A program made the translations under genes and the position numbers. Shown in pieces: positions 62,765 to 64,000 of a stretch of DNA of 64,000 bases. The notes below the pieces were generated by a model. It ran no database searches and was not told where the DNA came from. It saw only the letters and a list, made by a program, of their open reading frames with translations. This stretch comes from Gnetum montanum. Taxonomy: Eukaryota > Plantae > Gnetophyta. Numbering within the stretch: the stretch's first letter is position 1; the number at the start of each line of letters is the position of its first letter. The stretch spans positions 1,384-65,383 of the forward strand of contig MNCI01000529.1 of NCBI GenBank assembly GCA_015680685.1, read 5' to 3'.

Positions 62765-64000
62765 CACTCAACCATACAAATATGAGCATTTCATACATGA
62801 TCCATTCGAACTCCACAGATGGGCTAGTTGTGGTATCCAAACAGTTATCCTTAGGTCATAGTTCACTGTCTTCCCACCTGGACTAGTATTATCTTTATCA
62901 CGTATGGTTTAGTCTAGAGTGAGGTGTATGATGGGTTTCTAATCTAATGCTACTCTTGAAGACAATGGAAAGTAATATTATCTAAGCTAAGAGAGAAAGG
63001 GTAAGAGAGAATATAAACTAGCCTAAGTGCGATGAGCCTCTGTTCCTTAATCATTTGTATACATCTTGGACTTCGTGCACAACAACTACTAGGATTACCA
63101 AGCGCAGATCCTAGGTACGCTACTAGGTTACCAAGTAGTCACACTTAAATGCTCATAATCAAGTTGTACTCATTCCATGTTTAATAGGAGTTTAAGGGTG
63201 AGAAGAGATGAACTAGGAAAGCAGTAAATAAAAATTAATTAAATAGTTAAGCTAAGTGAATGCTACAATGATGAAGTAATCTTGATCTTTATTGCTGGTC
63301 ATGTGCATGTCTAAGTACGTCACACTCGAATAAACGATGGCGTACAATTACATTCACCACATTGTGGGCATACACTGAGAGGAAAATGGAGAGAGGAAAA
63401 ACAAGAACTAAAACTTAACACTTAAACTAAAACTGACAAAAAGCTAACTTTCTCTCATATGCTTGCCTCTTATTTATATATGAGGAGATAGGCTATGATA
63501 TTGCGTATGCGATATCGCGGCTAGGCTATGATATCGCGTACGCAATATCACATCGGCTGTGATACTGCAAATGTGATATCGCGGGTGTGATATCCTTGGT
63601 GCATTATCATGGGTGCGTTATCGCAACTGTTAGCAAATTCATAACTCATCATACCCCCACGATTGAATGAAAACTCATGCTTGAGTTAAAGTGAGAACAA
63701 GCTCCATTGATTACATAGTGGATAAGTATGGGATTATTGATTGGCTAGAATGGATTCATGCTGCAGTGTGGAGTCAGAACAAAATTAAGACACAACACAA
63801 AAAAAAATCCTATGATTACAAAATTAGATGGAACTCATGTAGTTCTTGGTGGCAGTGGCTCCTCAATGGGTGTCTTTTCCTTTTCTTGTGCTCTAGGTCT
63901 TGGGATTTGATGGCATTGAAGTATGGCATAGAGTTTCTCCTCTTGTAAGGCCTTAAGTGCCTTGGCACATTTGTAAGTTTACACTTGTGCCATAGAGGCA
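62765..64000 (-). mobile_element. Athila-like element C: remainder of 3' LTR (to 63651), PPT and 3' internal region running out of the window
   Basis: LTR ends CTCATCA at 63651 followed by TACCCCCACGA, as at 42633; homologous to LTRs A and B. Confidence 0.85.

Overview
Land-plant nuclear DNA, AT-rich and dominated by old transposable elements eroded by C>T/G>A changes; no prokaryotic features. One host gene is supported: a 4-exon bark-storage-protein / nucleoside-phosphorylase-family gene (+, 19465-21945, about 345 aa) whose second intron has a GC donor. The rest is TE sequence: two tandem SIRE-like Copia internal regions, RTE and L1-like LINE fragments, tRNA-derived SINE remnants, Athila-like Gypsy elements and solo LTRs, and Tat-clade Gypsy elements. 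The centrepiece is a structurally complete 17.4 kb Tat-type element (45367-62759, minus strand, CCCTA target-site duplication, tRNA-Asn PBS, RT-RH-aRH-INT order). Its gag-protease and pol are separated by a 5 kb intron-like spacer holding an oppositely oriented gene of about 9 exons (about 1100 codons) with an FCP1/NIF-like HAD phosphatase-fold segment, a plant-transposon accessory-type region and a coiled coil. The element is also enriched in a GCGTAA/TTACGC motif and carries a 15-unit hairpin-like array after the pol stop, with two more units after the gag-PR stop. This may be an undescribed retrotransposon accessory (possibly anti-silencing) module. All domain calls are by-eye motif recognition, not database searches.
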